From the NCBI GenBank assembly GCA_031267955.1, contig JAIRYB010000197.1, forward strand, positions 1 to 36,369: a stretch of DNA of 36,369 bases. Reading direction: 5' to 3'. Position numbers and translations under genes: made by a program. The notes under the pieces were generated by a model. The model saw nothing but the letters and a program-made list of their open reading frames with translations. It was not told the origin of the DNA and did no database searches. Below, piece by piece: positions 35,765 through 36,369 of the stretch (position 1 is its first letter; each line of letters begins with the position of its first letter). The DNA is from Spirochaetaceae bacterium (lineage in GTDB: Bacteria; Spirochaetota; Spirochaetia; Treponematales; Breznakiellaceae).

Positions 35765-35902
35765 AAGCGGCCGCGTTGCCTTAAAATTAATCCGGCCGAA
35801 GAGTTTGCCGGCGTGGATTTCAACGATGAGCGGCTTGAGATACATCATACGCCCAAACACGGGAGCCGGCTGAACATGGCGGAAATAGAATTGAGCGTAC
35901 TA
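35765..35902 (+). pseudogene. Relic of the C-terminal part of an IS630-family (DDE_3) transposase, about 45 codons with no start
   Basis: The frame opens after TAA at 35762-35764 and reads [46 protein letters not shown]. The string HxTPKHGSWLNMAEIE(L/F)SVL is the conserved C-terminal motif of one IS630-family group as I recall it. Here W is replaced by R. Confidence 0.55.
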
Positions 35903-36369
35903 GCCGCGCCCCTCCCGGAAAAAGCCCGCGAAACATTCCGGCAGCGGGGCGCTTATATCGATCCTCTCGCCCGCGATTACAAGGCGGGATGCGTGGAGCA
36001 GGAGCCGCTTTACCGCGCCTTGCTTCCGCAGCGCCCTGTTCAGCGCGAAGTCCCCGTATTTATCGTCCCCCAAAACAGGGCAGCCGATCTGTTGCAGATG
36101 GCGCCGTATCTGGTGCATGCGGCCGGTCCCCAGTTCCAGTTCCAGCGTTGAAAATTCCCCGCCTCCAGGGGAAAGGGGGCCGCCGTTCAGCCGGGCATAG
36201 CTTGTTTCGGCTGTTTTCCGCCTTCCCCGTATATCCAGATCCGTCCTGATAACGCCGGAATCGGGCGCGGGGCGGCCGGAGCAGACGGCGAGGTAGCACT
36301 TGAGTACCGCCCCCTTCCCGCTGTTTCCGGCACGGGCCCTCCCGGCCGCGAACAGGGCGGAAAATTTCG
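35900..36369 (-). CDS. RluA-family pseudouridine synthase (N-terminus beyond the right edge)
   Basis: My own translation of the open minus frame from 36367 gives ...GAVLKCYLAVCSGRP...ELELGTGRMHQIRRHLQQIGCPVLGDDKYGDF...LLLHASRL. The KxYxAxVxG, TGRxHQIRxHL and GDxxYG motifs are present. The track lists only the Met-initiated tail at 35900-36118. Confidence 0.85.
   Translation of the reverse strand, partial: KFSALFAAGRARAGNSGKGAVLKCYLAVCSGRPAPDSGVIRTDLDIRGRRKTAETSYARLNGGPLSPGGGEFSTLELELGTGRMHQIRRHLQQIGCPVLGDDKYGDFALNRALRKQGAVKRLLLHASRLVIAGERIDISAPLPECFAGFFREGRG

Noticed and set aside
35732-35860. 43-codon N-terminal extension of the asnS ORF in the track ([21 protein letters not shown]...)
   Set aside because: AsnRS homology begins at MTPLIKEIL (ATG 35731). 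The extension is the antisense reading of the IS630 relic and has no counterpart in AsnRS proteins.

Overview
GC-rich bacterial chromosomal window (composition judged by eye, not computed). It is almost entirely conserved core. Gene order and protein sequences look spirochaetal (Treponema/Spirochaeta-like), which is an inference. Left arm, minus strand: polyferredoxin -> aconitase-family hydratase -> HAD phosphatase -> TrpR/YerC-like regulator -> MATE pump, which runs off the left edge. From 5.9 kb on the plus strand there is a compact division/cell-wall cluster, mraZ-rsmH-ftsL-murF-mraY-ftsW-ftsQ-ftsA-ftsZ. It continues without a break into a xerD-like recombinase, a TPR protein, dprA, topA, a xerC/codV-like recombinase, hslV and hslU. 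A 270-bp structured spacer follows, then the flagellar basal-body/export operon flgB-flgC-fliE-fliF-fliG-fliH-fliI-fliJ. After a terminator and an AT-rich spacer come a dCache/HAMP chemoreceptor and a small PilZ protein. Right arm, minus strand: RluA-family pseudouridine synthase (partial, runs off the right edge), asnS, and a PBP5-type D,D-carboxypeptidase. I saw no rRNA, tRNA, CRISPR array or intact mobile element. I do not see a convincing novel multi-gene system; nothing here resembles a defence island. The items most worth a second look are mostly non-coding: (1) a two-copy G-run/C-run structured repeat at about 2.7 kb and 23.05 kb with a compensatory base-pair change; (2) the highly structured hslU-flgB spacer; (3) a 10-bp-phased five-box putative MraZ operator; (4) probable leaderless transcripts; (5) a ~45-codon IS630-family transposase relic wedged between asnS and the pseudouridine synthase gene.
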